DNA from: an uncultured Poribacteria bacterium
Lineage (GTDB): Bacteria; Poribacteria; WGA-4E; WGA-3G
Assembly (NCBI GenBank): GCA_958296135.2
Contig: CATQHZ020000002.1
Location: 64,001-128,000 of the forward strand
Direction: 5' to 3'
Length of the DNA stretch: 64,000 bases
The notes beneath the pieces were generated by a model. That model saw nothing but the letters and a program-made list of their open reading frames with translations. It made no database searches and had not been told where the DNA came from. The first letter of the stretch is position 1. Each line of letters starts with the position of its first letter. Both the position numbers and the translations under genes were made by a program. Positions 28,781-38,846 of the stretch are shown here, one piece after another.

Positions 28781-29641
28781 TTAAATTAATTTAACAGTAT
28801 CACCATATCTTTTAGGAAAGATTACTACTTCTTTGGCTGATTTATGAGTATTTGTTCCTTGATTCCACCATTGATGTTTAATAATAAAATCATCATCAGA
28901 ATAAAGATCAAGAATCAATTCATGATTATTATATGATAACATCCATAAAGAATTACGATTTCTTAATATGTCTCTAAGTTCTTCATGATTAAAATCAGTA
29001 TGAAATTTATGGCTATCTCCATATAAGTTTCCGCGTACTGGATATGGAGGATCAAGATATGTGAACGTATCCGGATACCGATTTAATTGATCTTTGTAAT
29101 CTAAAAGATCTACTGTTATTAATGAATTACGAAAGACATCTAATCTATCAAAGAATGTCATTCGATCATGTTCATATCCTTTTAAATATGCATCCCGACC
29201 AATAATAACATAATTTCTTAAACCAGCAAATGGTATTCCATTCCATGAAAGACAATAAAACAACCATAAATACGCCGCCCGATCAAGATTATTTGTAATT
29301 TTAAAATAATCTTCTTTTTGAAGTTCTTTTAATTCTTCTCTTGTATCACTAAGTAATATTTCTTGTGCTCTTCTAGATAAGTTTTTATTATCAGTTAAAA
29401 TATGCTTCCATAAATTAACCAGCGGTTCAAATAGATCAGATCCAAGCACCCTAATATTTCTACCAGTCAAATACAATTCAAAAGATCCGCCACCAAAAAA
29501 TGGTGATACTACTTCTTTCGTACCTGGAGGTAGAATATTAGCGAAATGTTTTGCTGCTGTAGATTTACTTCCTGGATATCTAAATACTCTATCTACAGAT
29601 CTATTATCTTGTTCAAAGAAATTGAACTGTTTATTAGGCAT
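28781..29641 (-). CDS. Dam-family (alpha class) DNA adenine methyltransferase
   Basis: FRYPGSK, VVSPFFGGG, YLDPPY, WMLSY; N-terminal QFNFF. Confidence 0.88.
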   Translation of the reverse strand: MPNKQFNFFEQDNRSVDRVFRYPGSKSTAAKHFANILPPGTKEVVSPFFGGGSFELYLTGRNIRVLGSDLFEPLVNLWKHILTDNKNLSRRAQEILLSDTREELKELQKEDYFKITNNLDRAAYLWLFYCLSWNGIPFAGLRNYVIIGRDAYLKGYEHDRMTFFDRLDVFRNSLITVDLLDYKDQLNRYPDTFTYLDPPYPVRGNLYGDSHKFHTDFNHEELRDILRNRNSLWMLSYNNHELILDLYSDDDFIIKHQWWNQGTNTHKSAKEVVIFPKRYGDTVKLI

Positions 29642-29668
29642 TATTTTTTAGTCTCCTTGTTATATTAT

Positions 29669-29703
29669 TAAAATATTAAATTTTCAATCCCTTTTAAATC
29701 CAA
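29669..29703 (-). promoter_or_regulatory. Class B promoter motif, copy 4
   Basis: Consensus match. Confidence 0.8.
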
Positions 29704-29725
29704 TATTTTTTGGGGAGCAATAAAA

Positions 29726-29872
29726 ATTTTCAACTCCCATATTGGGCTCCGAAAAGTTTTCCCAACGCCGCCTTAAACCCGCCATAATGGGGCTTCTCCA
29801 ACTCCCAATTGGGTTTGGGGCTCCATATAAAGGGGAGCCCATAGTTCATAGGTACTAAATAAAATTGAACTT
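29726..29872. repeat. Structured intergenic repeat copy 2
   Basis: Colinear with 9690-9836 at a constant offset of 20036 bp (core and TTCCCAACGCCG block). Confidence 0.75.
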
Positions 29873-29884
29873 TTTATTTTCAAT

Positions 29885-30373
29885 CTATTTACGCGATTTA
29901 TTCTGCTTTAAGTAGTGAGATAAAACTTCCTGAATTACTGGAACTGGTATTAACTGCTTAAGAGCATTTCTCTGTGCTTTATGAACAGCTTTCGTAAAAG
30001 CAAACGGATCATTTTTCTTAAATGCTTTTTTCGGTTGTTCACAAGCACCATATCTTGAAGATCCTGTTATTGTATCAACCGCTTTGGCAATCGCTCTCCA
30101 AGCGTCTTCAGTTTCTTCATATTGAATTGACTCGATCTCCAGACCACCACGCCGATTAGCGGCTTCATTAATACCCGCTAACGTTAATCCTTGAATTGTT
30201 CTTCCACCCGATTTGATCGAGTAGACATAATCCTGAATTGCATGACCTCTCATATCAGCAATAATTGATTCGTCATCAATGATCTGAAGTTTTGTTCCAA
30301 ATTCTTCCAATGGCTCTCCATCGCTAGTCACCGGAATTCCATCGCTTGATATTACAGCTTCTTTATTCTCCAT
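29885..30373 (-). CDS. Putative Rad52/Sak-like single-strand annealing protein
   Basis: GLTLAGINEAA...AIAKAVD...RYGACEQ...FAFTKAVHKAQRNALKQLI. Confidence 0.45.
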   Translation of the reverse strand: MENKEAVISSDGIPVTSDGEPLEEFGTKLQIIDDESIIADMRGHAIQDYVYSIKSGGRTIQGLTLAGINEAANRRGGLEIESIQYEETEDAWRAIAKAVDTITGSSRYGACEQPKKAFKKNDPFAFTKAVHKAQRNALKQLIPVPVIQEVLSHYLKQNKSRK

Positions 30374-30782
30374 TAGTTTCTCCTTGTTTGTGTTCATTAT
30401 ATATTACTTCAATTTCTAGATCCTGCAAATCCAACTTAGAATGCTTTTTCAAAACATTAAACGTATCTTCTAAAGAATCAGCAATAACTTCCATTGTCTT
30501 TAATCCTTTAAGAGTTATGTTTTCAGATACAATAATAACGCATGTAATTTTATTAGACCCTTCTTCAGACGTAACTAGTAACACCGGATTAAAATCTTCA
30601 AACTCATAACTAGAAGTCATTACCATCATTTTTAAAAAATGAATTTCTAAATCATGTGTTATTCTATCGAATACAGTATACTCTATCGGTTGATCTAACA
30701 AACTAATAAAGTTCTGGCTAGAAACTACCCCAACTCCAATACAAATAACACATAAAATTACGATCAATAATTTATTTGTCAT
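30363..30782 (-). CDS. Secreted or membrane-anchored hypothetical protein
   Basis: Hydrophobic N-terminal signal LLIVILCVICIGVGVV. Confidence 0.55.
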   Translation of the reverse strand: MTNKLLIVILCVICIGVGVVSSQNFISLLDQPIEYTVFDRITHDLEIHFLKMMVMTSSYEFEDFNPVLLVTSEEGSNKITCVIIVSENITLKGLKTMEVIADSLEDTFNVLKKHSKLDLQDLEIEVIYNEHKQGETNGE

Positions 30783-31110
30783 TTTGTTTTACCTTATTAA
30801 GATTTTCAGCCATACTTTGAAGATCGTTTCTTCTTAATTCTACTTCTTGTCTAATACTATTAACATGTGCCCGATATAAATAAAGATTATTTTCTGCTAT
30901 TTCATGCGATATAACATAACTTATAAATAGGCGATCTAGAATCTTTCTAATTAAGCGACATTGATCTTCATTAAATGTTGAAGCATTATACATACCTCTT
31001 TCTGATGCGTAATCCAACAGAAAACCTAATTCTTCTTCATCGAAGTTCGTTCCTAATTTTGGATGATCTAATTTACGTAAAATTTGTTCTGGCGTTTGTT
31101 CTTTTGACAT
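30772..31110 (-). CDS. Hypothetical protein
   Basis: Coupled ORF. Confidence 0.55.
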   Translation of the reverse strand: MSKEQTPEQILRKLDHPKLGTNFDEEELGFLLDYASERGMYNASTFNEDQCRLIRKILDRLFISYVISHEIAENNLYLYRAHVNSIRQEVELRRNDLQSMAENLNKVKQNDK

Positions 31111-31111
31111 T

Positions 31112-31846
31112 TTATTCTCCTTGATAGAAATAAAACCACTGTTCCATACATAATTGATAAAACAGCTTCTTTGATCTTGAATTAATATCTGCGATTCCTG
31201 GATCGATTATTACTTTAAACCATACTATAAATTCATGTAGCCTACTTATAAGATCATCACTTTTTGAATTCCATTCTTCAAATACTAATTTACAAGCTAA
31301 TTTCCGAAAACTTTCAGTATACTCATCACGCCAACCTTTACTTTCTGTAAGTTGATTAAGTTCTTGAATCTTAAGTATGATGTTATTTGTTCCGCTTGTT
31401 TCTTCCCAAAGCTTTTTTCCATAAGCCGTTGCTTGCTTAATCAACTCAGATTCTCTTTGATACGAATCCTTTGTTTCTCCTTCATCTTTTCCAAGTAAAA
31501 CTACCTTGGTTATCCTTTGTAATTTATGCTTCTTATTTAATGTGACCCGAGCCTGAAATGTTATTTGATCATTTACCTTAAGTATTGAACTCCATTGCCC
31601 ACAATTTAACCATAACTCATCAAATAGTTGACCTTTTACGTTCTCCATTAATGGATAATCGTCACAAATGCTAGCGACTCTATCTGGATCTAGACGAACA
31701 TTTGATAAACATATAATTCTTTGTGGTCCAGCATATCCCATTGTTTTATCAAACTTGGTTACCGTCGCATTAAATGGCCATCTAACACCATCAAGTAATT
31801 TTAAATTATTTCTGTCCATGTTATTGGCTCCATACACTTTGGACAC
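31112..31846 (-). CDS. Hypothetical protein, possible N-terminal OB fold
   Basis: FNATVTKF...ICLSNV...LKVNDQITFQARV. Confidence 0.5.
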   Translation of the reverse strand: MSKVYGANNMDRNNLKLLDGVRWPFNATVTKFDKTMGYAGPQRIICLSNVRLDPDRVASICDDYPLMENVKGQLFDELWLNCGQWSSILKVNDQITFQARVTLNKKHKLQRITKVVLLGKDEGETKDSYQRESELIKQATAYGKKLWEETSGTNNIILKIQELNQLTESKGWRDEYTESFRKLACKLVFEEWNSKSDDLISRLHEFIVWFKVIIDPGIADINSRSKKLFYQLCMEQWFYFYQGE

Positions 31847-32448
31847 TTTCCATTACGAACTCGTTTAAGTAATTTCTTTCTCTTCCATTCTTGCCCACAA
31901 GGGCAAACTCCTTTCCATTTATCTAGTCCGTGTTTAATCGTATGACAAATACTAGCCTTACATCCAATTGATTTCGCCGTCTGCTTCCAATAAAAGTCAT
32001 GTCCATGACCTGGACCTACTATTGCATGCGCTATTTCATGCAATACAGTATCAAATAATTCTTCCTTTGAAGCATTCATGCAGTAAGTTACTGATAAGCT
32101 AATTGTTCTAGTTCCGTATCTGCAAACACCACCACGATTTTGTGCTAAATCAAACCCAAATTCCCAGTCATGCAAATTGAATTCTTTTAGTTTATCATGT
32201 GCGAAATTATAAACTTCTTCTAGTGATACTTCAGGCACTACTGATCGCTCTTTAATATTTAATATACTATAAGGAACTTTCCAAATAGTACTATTTGATC
32301 CTACCGCAACCCGAGCTTTATCTTTATTTAATTTTCTTACTTGTCCCCGCATAATTCCCTTTCTTGTAGGAAATGTTACAATTGTTGATGGCGGATAAAA
32401 TTGACCTGGAAAACTAGAATCAAGCAGCATAATTAGCATCCTCCCCAT
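31801..32448 (-). CDS. SprT-like zinc metalloprotease
   Basis: GGVC, DTVLHEIAHA, GHGHD..WK, CxC...CxxC zinc ribbon. Confidence 0.85.
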   Translation of the reverse strand: MGRMLIMLLDSSFPGQFYPPSTIVTFPTRKGIMRGQVRKLNKDKARVAVGSNSTIWKVPYSILNIKERSVVPEVSLEEVYNFAHDKLKEFNLHDWEFGFDLAQNRGGVCRYGTRTISLSVTYCMNASKEELFDTVLHEIAHAIVGPGHGHDFYWKQTAKSIGCKASICHTIKHGLDKWKGVCPCGQEWKRKKLLKRVRNGKCPKCMEPITWTEII

Positions 32449-32692
32449 AAACTTCTTTATATAGTTCGTTAATTCGTTCTAAGTTTTTTGATACCCATTC
32501 CATTAGCTCGTGATAATCCCAACCCATTAGATCGCCTACAATATAGAATTCACCATAAGAGTAAAAGAATTCGTCAAATGATTTAAGCATATCTTCTTTA
32601 TATGTTTTAAACTTTTCTTCAATTAGCGGATCTGGATAGATAAATTCCTCCAGATACCGCTCTGCCAGCTTCCAATACTTTTCGCGATCCAT
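32420..32692 (-). CDS. Hypothetical protein
   Basis: 90-aa ORF with GGAG SD. Confidence 0.55.
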   Translation of the reverse strand: MDREKYWKLAERYLEEFIYPDPLIEEKFKTYKEDMLKSFDEFFYSYGEFYIVGDLMGWDYHELMEWVSKNLERINELYKEVYGEDANYAA

Positions 32693-32704
32693 AGTTTACT
32701 CCAA

Positions 32705-33244
32705 TTATTTAATCATAGATAAAAACTCTTGGCGAGCCGAATGATCTTTTCTAAATACCCCTTCCATTGCACTTGTGATCATATAAGCGTCTTGTTTTTG
32801 AACTCCTCTCATTGACATACAAGTATGCCGAGCTTTACATATAACCCCAACTCCCAACGGATCTAATAAATTCGTTAAAGTATCAGCTATTTGATTTGTT
32901 AATCTTTCTTGAACTTGTAATCTCCTAGCAAACATATCTACGATACGCGGAATTTTACTAAGTCCAATAATTTTTCCATGTGGAATATATCCAACATCAC
33001 AAGAACCCATAAATGGGAGCAGATGATGTTCACATAAACTATGAAATTCTATATCACGGACTACAACCATTTGATCATAGTTTCCATGAAATACCGCATT
33101 ATTTAAAAGTTGTTCTGGATCAATAGAATATCCAGCGGTTAAGTCTTTCATTGCCTGAGCGGCTCTTGATGGAGTCTTTAATAATCCTTCTCGTTCAGGA
33201 TCTTCTCCAATTGATTCTAAAATGTTAAAGTAATGATGTACCAT
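32705..33244 (-). CDS. folE: GTP cyclohydrolase I
   Basis: [49 protein letters not shown]. Confidence 0.97.
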   Translation of the reverse strand: MVHHYFNILESIGEDPEREGLLKTPSRAAQAMKDLTAGYSIDPEQLLNNAVFHGNYDQMVVVRDIEFHSLCEHHLLPFMGSCDVGYIPHGKIIGLSKIPRIVDMFARRLQVQERLTNQIADTLTNLLDPLGVGVICKARHTCMSMRGVQKQDAYMITSAMEGVFRKDHSARQEFLSMIK

Positions 33245-33408
33245 TATTCTCTCCACGGATCCCCATTCACCGCATAATATGTTAAAAATCCCACTATAAT
33301 TACTACTATTAATGCGGCTATTATAAATCCAATCATATTCTTCCTTCCAAATACAAAATACGCTAGTATGATGATAAACGTAGCTAGTAATTCTATGAGT
33401 CCAATCAT
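33244..33408 (-). CDS. Small two-TM membrane peptide (not in ORF track)
   Basis: [54 protein letters not shown]; TAATG coupling to folE. Confidence 0.55.
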   Translation of the reverse strand: MIGLIELLATFIIILAYFVFGRKNMIGFIIAALIVVIIVGFLTYYAVNGDPWRE

Positions 33409-33488
33409 TTTTTGCTTCCGCTAAAAAGACAATATACTAAATATATTACTAATAACGTAGACACAAATCCAATAACAAAGTAACCCAT
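33405..33488 (-). CDS. 27-aa single-TM peptide (not in ORF track)
   Basis: [27 protein letters not shown]; TAATG and ATGA coupling on either side. Confidence 0.5.
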   Translation of the reverse strand: MGYFVIGFVSTLLVIYLVYCLFSGSKK

Positions 33489-33691
33489 TATTCTTCCTCT
33501 ATAAGCTTAACTATTTGCTCTAAGTTTTCAAATGCTTCAACTGAATTATCACCAATACCAGCAAACCAATGATAGCTTTCATTCTTATGTTGAGCCATCC
33601 AGATAAATTCTGGTTGACCAGATTCATCACATTTATTCATTACTGGTCTTAATGTAGCAATAGTATTTAATAAATGTTCTCTATTATTCAT
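33488..33691 (-). CDS. Hypothetical protein
   Basis: Coupled 67-aa ORF. Confidence 0.5.
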   Translation of the reverse strand: MNNREHLLNTIATLRPVMNKCDESGQPEFIWMAQHKNESYHWFAGIGDNSVEAFENLEQIVKLIEEE

Positions 33692-33902
33692 CTTCCGAAT
33701 CCTCGTCGTAATAATCTAATGTAGCCACAATCCTTAATAGCGATTCTCCAATAGCAGTAAATATAATTCCACATATTAGCATTCCAAATGGTATAGATAA
33801 TACTACAAAAATCCAAAACCAGATTGATTGCGTATCAAAGATAGCAATCAATCCAGCAATTACCGCTGCCATTCCAGAAATTCCAATTAAAAGATTACTC
33901 AT
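33684..33902 (-). CDS. Small membrane protein
   Basis: Two hydrophobic segments. Confidence 0.6.
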   Translation of the reverse strand: MSNLLIGISGMAAVIAGLIAIFDTQSIWFWIFVVLSIPFGMLICGIIFTAIGESLLRIVATLDYYDEDSEDE

Positions 33903-34078
33903 TATTGGTTATTCCTTTTTGTAATCAAAATCGACTTCCAGATCTCTAAAATCTATTCCCTGTATAATCAACAATTCTCGCACCGATTCACGTAAATCAT
34001 ATTCAAAATGTTCTTTGTTTTCTACTTGAAAGTCAGTAACGCCTTTTATCTTAAGTTTAACATTGATCTGCATTTGCT

Positions 34079-34411
34079 TTACTCCCCAAGAATTTCCTTA
34101 TCCAGTGACTCGAGCCTAAATGCTTCTTCTCGAGCTTCGTTAAAATCAGCAATTAGTTCATTTAGATCTGATCTTTCGCATTCCAAGCTACGATTAAAAT
34201 AAACTTGGAATTCGTCTTCATAATTAGGATCATCACAATCTTCTGGCCATGTTAATAACAAATAAATATAATCCCCTTCTACGAGAACTTCTTCAATATG
34301 AAAATCATTTAAAGTATACATTTTGTTCGCGATTTCAATTCTGCATGATCTAAACATGTTATGATCATTCAATTCCCATTTAAACATAAAACCATCTTGC
34401 TGTTCTTCCAT
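34079..34411 (-). CDS. Acidic hypothetical protein
   Basis: 110-aa ORF with GGAG SD. Confidence 0.55.
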   Translation of the reverse strand: MEEQQDGFMFKWELNDHNMFRSCRIEIANKMYTLNDFHIEEVLVEGDYIYLLLTWPEDCDDPNYEDEFQVYFNRSLECERSDLNELIADFNEAREEAFRLESLDKEILGE

Positions 34412-34414
34412 CTT

Positions 34415-35002
34415 TTATCTCCTATATTTTGTTACAGTAAACGTTAATTTCTGACACGTGCTTGCCCATGAATCTGTTCTAAATGACTTTTGTGTCCATA
34501 CATCAGGACACCAATAATGTAAGAACTTTCTTTTACATCCCAACTTAAATAATGCTACTATGCTTTTAATATCGTATTGCACTGCATTTCGCAATATACC
34601 CATTAATTCTCGTTTATAGAGTTCGATTTGATGCGTTACTGTTGTCGTTTGATATCGATTTAAGTTTTGTTTCGCCAAATTTGCTAGGCTTAGTCGTTGC
34701 CATAAATCACCTTCTATGTTCTCTAACATGGAGAATGATTTAAGATCAGTTAAAAGATCTTGGTTTGCATATCCATTAAGCACTTTTAAATCAAACTGAC
34801 CATTAAAAGTAACTACCAAATCTGCTTCTAATAAAGTTCTAATTAATTTCTTAACATCCTTTTCTTCATAGATCCTATATGTTCTGGTGACGGCATTGTA
34901 AGTTGCCGCCACCGATAATCCTAATTGTTCTATGTTCTGCCAACTATCAGGATTTTGTTCATCAGCTTTCTGAGGTTTTACATTCAGATAAACTAATCTC
35001 AT
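34415..35002 (-). CDS. YprB/RNase_H_2-like exonuclease fold, probably inactive
   Basis: LGLSVAATY...YEE...ADLVVTFNG.FD..VL; ExoI DxE position reads NVK. Confidence 0.6.
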   Translation of the reverse strand: MRLVYLNVKPQKADEQNPDSWQNIEQLGLSVAATYNAVTRTYRIYEEKDVKKLIRTLLEADLVVTFNGQFDLKVLNGYANQDLLTDLKSFSMLENIEGDLWQRLSLANLAKQNLNRYQTTTVTHQIELYKRELMGILRNAVQYDIKSIVALFKLGCKRKFLHYWCPDVWTQKSFRTDSWASTCQKLTFTVTKYRR

Positions 35003-35011
35003 TTTTTACCT

Positions 35012-35692
35012 CTATTGATACGGAATCGGATCTTCAATACCAGATTCTTTAAACGCCGCAAGCCTAATTAAGCAAGAGTCACATTTTCCACAAGCTCGTC
35101 CATATTCATCAGGATCATAACACGAACTTGTAAAAGCGTAATTAACATCTAAGCTTGTTCCCAATCGAATAATATCTACTTTTGTCAATTCGATTAACGG
35201 AGTATAAACATTTATCGGACTACCTTCTACCGTTCTTTTTGTGGCCACATTGACCATGTTTTGATATGCTTTAATATATTCTGGCCTGCAATCTGGATAC
35301 CCAGAATAATCTACAGCATTAACACCAGTAAAAATTGCTTCCGCTCCAAGAACTTCCGCATACGATAACGCAAAACTAAGAAAAATAGTATTCCTTGCAG
35401 GAACATATGTTACCGGAATTGCGTCTGTCATTTCATCCAATGATCTTCCCTTCGGAACTTCGATCGTCGGATCATTAAGAGCACTACCACCAAAAGTCGT
35501 AAAAGAAACAACCTTATGATCAACAGCATTATGAATCTTACTTGTCGTTTTCGCGCAACTTAATTCATATTTATGACGCTGATTGTAATCAAAACTTAAC
35601 GTATGCGTCTCATATCCACCAGCTCGTGCGACCCCCAATGCGGTCGCACTATCCAATCCACCCGACAAAAGTACTACTGCTTTCTTACTCAT
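35012..35692 (-). CDS. queC: 7-cyano-7-deazaguanine synthase
   Basis: LLSGGLDS, YVPARNTIF, YSGYPDCRPE, SCY...CGKCDSC. Confidence 0.97.
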   Translation of the reverse strand: MSKKAVVLLSGGLDSATALGVARAGGYETHTLSFDYNQRHKYELSCAKTTSKIHNAVDHKVVSFTTFGGSALNDPTIEVPKGRSLDEMTDAIPVTYVPARNTIFLSFALSYAEVLGAEAIFTGVNAVDYSGYPDCRPEYIKAYQNMVNVATKRTVEGSPINVYTPLIELTKVDIIRLGTSLDVNYAFTSSCYDPDEYGRACGKCDSCLIRLAAFKESGIEDPIPYQ

Positions 35693-36092
35693 TATTCAAT
35701 TCTCCTTCTAAATCCGCTAATCTATGCCACGGATTTTCTGGTAATTTTGCAAAACTTTGATTGCTATCTAAACCTGAAACCCACCATTCCCCTTTATTCC
35801 ATAAAAAGCAAAGCTCATAACCACTAGCTACACTTGGTCGCAGATTACTATTAATACCGGTAATCAATTTAGCCTTCTCTTCTCCTGTATCTCGAGCATA
35901 AAACTTACAATTTTTAATTGTTGGTTCAATAAAAGAAGCATCGCCTAAAGAAAGCAATTCATTAACTTTATCTTCTTCATAATAATGATCGTGCAAAATT
36001 CTAGCATTTTGATCGAGATAACCGCCCCAATGACAATAAATATATTCTGCACCGTTCTCCGTCTTTCTTCCAATATAGTTTACCGCACTCAT
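35685..36092 (-). CDS. Conserved phage protein (YCHWxGY family)
   Basis: IYCHWGGY...LHDHY...LGDAS motif. Confidence 0.6.
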   Translation of the reverse strand: MSAVNYIGRKTENGAEYIYCHWGGYLDQNARILHDHYYEEDKVNELLSLGDASFIEPTIKNCKFYARDTGEEKAKLITGINSNLRPSVASGYELCFLWNKGEWWVSGLDSNQSFAKLPENPWHRLADLEGELNNE

Positions 36093-36427
36093 TATCGTCT
36101 CCTGTATCGTTGATCATAAGCCTTGTGACGTTCCCACCATCCTAATAGTACCCGAGCTTGAGGCTCGTTAATATTAGATACCATAAGATTAACAAACTCT
36201 TGTTCTCCAAGACCATTAATTTCTTTGCATAAAAGACCAGTTTCATCCAAAGTAGGATCATAAACATCTGTCAACTTTGTCTTTAACCATTCATGTAATC
36301 TTTCTGCTTGCCCATTCAATTCATTACGTTCAATTTCACTTGGTGTCGGATCAACTCTGCATGGCATGATTTGTTCTCCTGTTTCCCCTATCTGTGGGGG
36401 AATAACGTAACCTGTTGTGTCTATCAT
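36092..36427 (-). CDS. Hypothetical phage protein
   Basis: MPC...LC...WWERHKAYD pattern. Confidence 0.55.
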   Translation of the reverse strand: MIDTTGYVIPPQIGETGEQIMPCRVDPTPSEIERNELNGQAERLHEWLKTKLTDVYDPTLDETGLLCKEINGLGEQEFVNLMVSNINEPQARVLLGWWERHKAYDQRYRRR

Positions 36428-36502
36428 TAGATTTATTTTTTAGTTTTCGTAGTTCGGATTTCAGATCATTATCAATTTTTATTAAACGTTCTCTAGTAAA
36501 CA

Positions 36503-36700
36503 TTATTCTTCCCAATGAAAAGATACTACGTTTGGCATCAGATCTAAAACATTTGCCAAACTATAATATTGTTCGCCGCCCCACCCAAGATCTTCACGCC
36601 AAAGAACTTGAACATTACCTTGTTCATATACTACTCCTTGTGCGATCTTATTATCGGCGGCATCTTTTAATACAAATGGTCGTCGTTTTTTATTTTTCAT
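36503..36700 (-). CDS. Hypothetical phage protein
   Basis: IAQGVVYEQGNVQVLWR. Confidence 0.5.
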   Translation of the reverse strand: MKNKKRRPFVLKDAADNKIAQGVVYEQGNVQVLWREDLGWGGEQYYSLANVLDLMPNVVSFHWEE

Positions 36701-36950
36701 TTACTGCTGATTTCAACCTTTCCTGAGTGATTTCTTCATTAAGAGCCCATAATCTACATCGAATAGTATGAACTCTGCCATAAGCCGCATACGCAGCCAA
36801 AGTTCGCTCGTTCTTTAGCTTCTTAATTCGTTCTTCTAGATCCCCAATCTTTTTATTGAATGGATTGAATGGACTGCTAACATTTTCAGCTTCTTGAAGA
36901 GCAGCTTTTAATTGATCATTAAGTTCCTTCTTTTTCTCATTAACGCCCAT
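36690..36950 (-). CDS. Hypothetical coiled-coil protein
   Basis: First gene after class B copy 5. Confidence 0.55.
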   Translation of the reverse strand: MGVNEKKKELNDQLKAALQEAENVSSPFNPFNKKIGDLEERIKKLKNERTLAAYAAYGRVHTIRCRLWALNEEITQERLKSAVNEK

Positions 36951-36968
36951 AATTATCTCCTATATTAT

Positions 36969-37003
36969 TAAAATATTAAATTTTCAAGCCAATTTAAATC
37001 CAA
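36969..37003 (-). promoter_or_regulatory. Class B promoter motif, copy 5
   Basis: Consensus match. Confidence 0.8.
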
Positions 37004-37639
37004 CTAAATTTTATACATCTTCAAAATTTCCCTGATTTGATGATATACAGACTCTTCTGGAAGCATTCCATTAACGACATAATTATTACTTTTAGCTCTT
37101 CCCATCGCTAAATAAACGTTCCTCCTATATTCGATAACTTGATCTGAAACCTTCTCGTATTTATCAAGATCTTTACGATATCTCAATCTACGTTTTTGCT
37201 CATCTGGATCAATATCAAGAATAATAGTCACAGTAGGAACCGGATTATTTTTAATGGTATCGTGAAGATCCCAAACCTTAATAGTATTATGAAGATCCCA
37301 AACCGCATCTGTTGTTTCTGGCTGATATTGAACCTCTCTATGACTATAAATATGACTACTATAAACATATCTGTCATAGACTACGTTGGCTCCAAGATCT
37401 AGCATATGTTGCACATATTGCAGATTACGAGATCTAGATCCAGTAATAAAATATTGCTCGGTAACTTCTGATAAATCATCCATATGTAATAATCGTTTCA
37501 AAAGATTCGGAAACGAAGAAGTGCTATGCGATCCAAGTTCATGAAAATAACTCGCTGGCAATTTCCTACATAAATGATGCGCTTGTGTTGTTTTACCACA
37601 ACCATTTAATCCTTCTAAAATAATAAATTTTCCACTCAT
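37004..37639 (-). CDS. tmk: Thymidylate kinase
   Basis: FIILEGLNGCGKTTQ, VVYDRYVYSS. Confidence 0.88.
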   Translation of the reverse strand: MSGKFIILEGLNGCGKTTQAHHLCRKLPASYFHELGSHSTSSFPNLLKRLLHMDDLSEVTEQYFITGSRSRNLQYVQHMLDLGANVVYDRYVYSSHIYSHREVQYQPETTDAVWDLHNTIKVWDLHDTIKNNPVPTVTIILDIDPDEQKRRLRYRKDLDKYEKVSDQVIEYRRNVYLAMGRAKSNNYVVNGMLPEESVYHQIREILKMYKI

Positions 37640-38454
37640 GCTATCATCCTCGCTTTTAATCTTCCATAACTTGCATAATTACATAATTCGATATCATCCA
37701 TATCGTAATCATCAATAAAGTCTTTCTTTTTTATAGAAATATTAGGTAAATGAGCCGGTTTTCTATCTAGTTGAGTTATCGCTACTGGAAAGTGCTCATG
37801 ATATAAATGAACATCGCCCATGCTATGAATAAAATATAGTGGATTTAAATCTGTTATTCTAGCAACTAAGTGCAATAATAACGAATAAGATGCAATATTA
37901 AATGGAACCCCAAGAAAAACATCACATGATCTTTGATATAAGGATAAGCTTATATCTTGCGGATTCCCAGATCCATCTGGATATACATGAAACTGAAATA
38001 ATACATGACATGGTGGCAAACACATTTCATGTAATTCGGCTGGATTCCATGCTGTTACAACATGTCGCCTGCTAAATGGATCTTTCTTAATATTATCTAT
38101 ACATTCTTGCAGTTGATCGATTTCATAATTCGATGTATGATCCTGCCATTTTCTCCATTGAACACCATAAATTGGACCAAGTTCACCATATTGCCCGAAT
38201 ACTTGTGCGTTTCTGTTCCAAATGTTACATCCTAATTTCTTAAAATCATCTACATGATCATAAGCTCGAATAAAACCGATCAGTTCCGCTTTAATCACAT
38301 CAAAGTCTATCTTCTTTGTGGTCAATAATGGAAACCCATCTCGAAGATCATACCTAATATGATAGCCATGTAGTGTCCTTACTGGAGCATTTCTGCTGGA
38401 CAGATCTACTCCAGTATTCAGAACATCTCGTAATAAATTCTGATATTTTACCAC
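37636..38454 (-). CDS. thyA: Thymidylate synthase
   Basis: GFPLLTTKK, LGPIYGVQWR, SRR, LPPCH, YQRSCDVFLGVPFNIASY, HLY. Confidence 0.96.
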   Translation of the reverse strand: MVKYQNLLRDVLNTGVDLSSRNAPVRTLHGYHIRYDLRDGFPLLTTKKIDFDVIKAELIGFIRAYDHVDDFKKLGCNIWNRNAQVFGQYGELGPIYGVQWRKWQDHTSNYEIDQLQECIDNIKKDPFSRRHVVTAWNPAELHEMCLPPCHVLFQFHVYPDGSGNPQDISLSLYQRSCDVFLGVPFNIASYSLLLHLVARITDLNPLYFIHSMGDVHLYHEHFPVAITQLDRKPAHLPNISIKKKDFIDDYDMDDIELCNYASYGRLKARMIA

Positions 38455-38846
38455 GTTTCAAATACCTCTGTTGACATTTCCCGAGTAACAAGAATTATTC
38501 CTTTTTCGGTTGATGTTACATAAACATTAGCCTTTGGTCTTGTTTTTGGATAATGAATTAGATCGACTATTGGTCCTTTATTTAATGTAAGATGCGCTAT
38601 ATGCTGTTCATCTAGATCTTCTTTTGAATCTCTAATCATTCGATTGCAACATTCTCTCCATTCAGCATCATGATGACTTATCCATTCTTTTATTGTTTTC
38701 TTGTCATAAGAAAAACTATAAATCGATATATTGTCATACTTATAAGTTTGTCGATACAGCATCGGAAATACATGTTCAACTGGATCGTCCTTCCACGCTT
38801 TTTTAATAACCCCTGAAAAACTAAAACAAATACTTGTATAACTCAT
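38448..38846 (-). CDS. Hypothetical protein, possibly degenerate HAD-like
   Basis: ICFSFSGVI resembles the DxDGV motif without its Asp residues; lies next to an RNA ligase. Confidence 0.4.
   Translation of the reverse strand: MSYTSICFSFSGVIKKAWKDDPVEHVFPMLYRQTYKYDNISIYSFSYDKKTIKEWISHHDAEWRECCNRMIRDSKEDLDEQHIAHLTLNKGPIVDLIHYPKTRPKANVYVTSTEKGIILVTREMSTEVFETW

Noticed and set aside
21501-38454. Inteins or group I introns in dnaE or thyA
   Set aside because: Both have normal length with contiguous motifs
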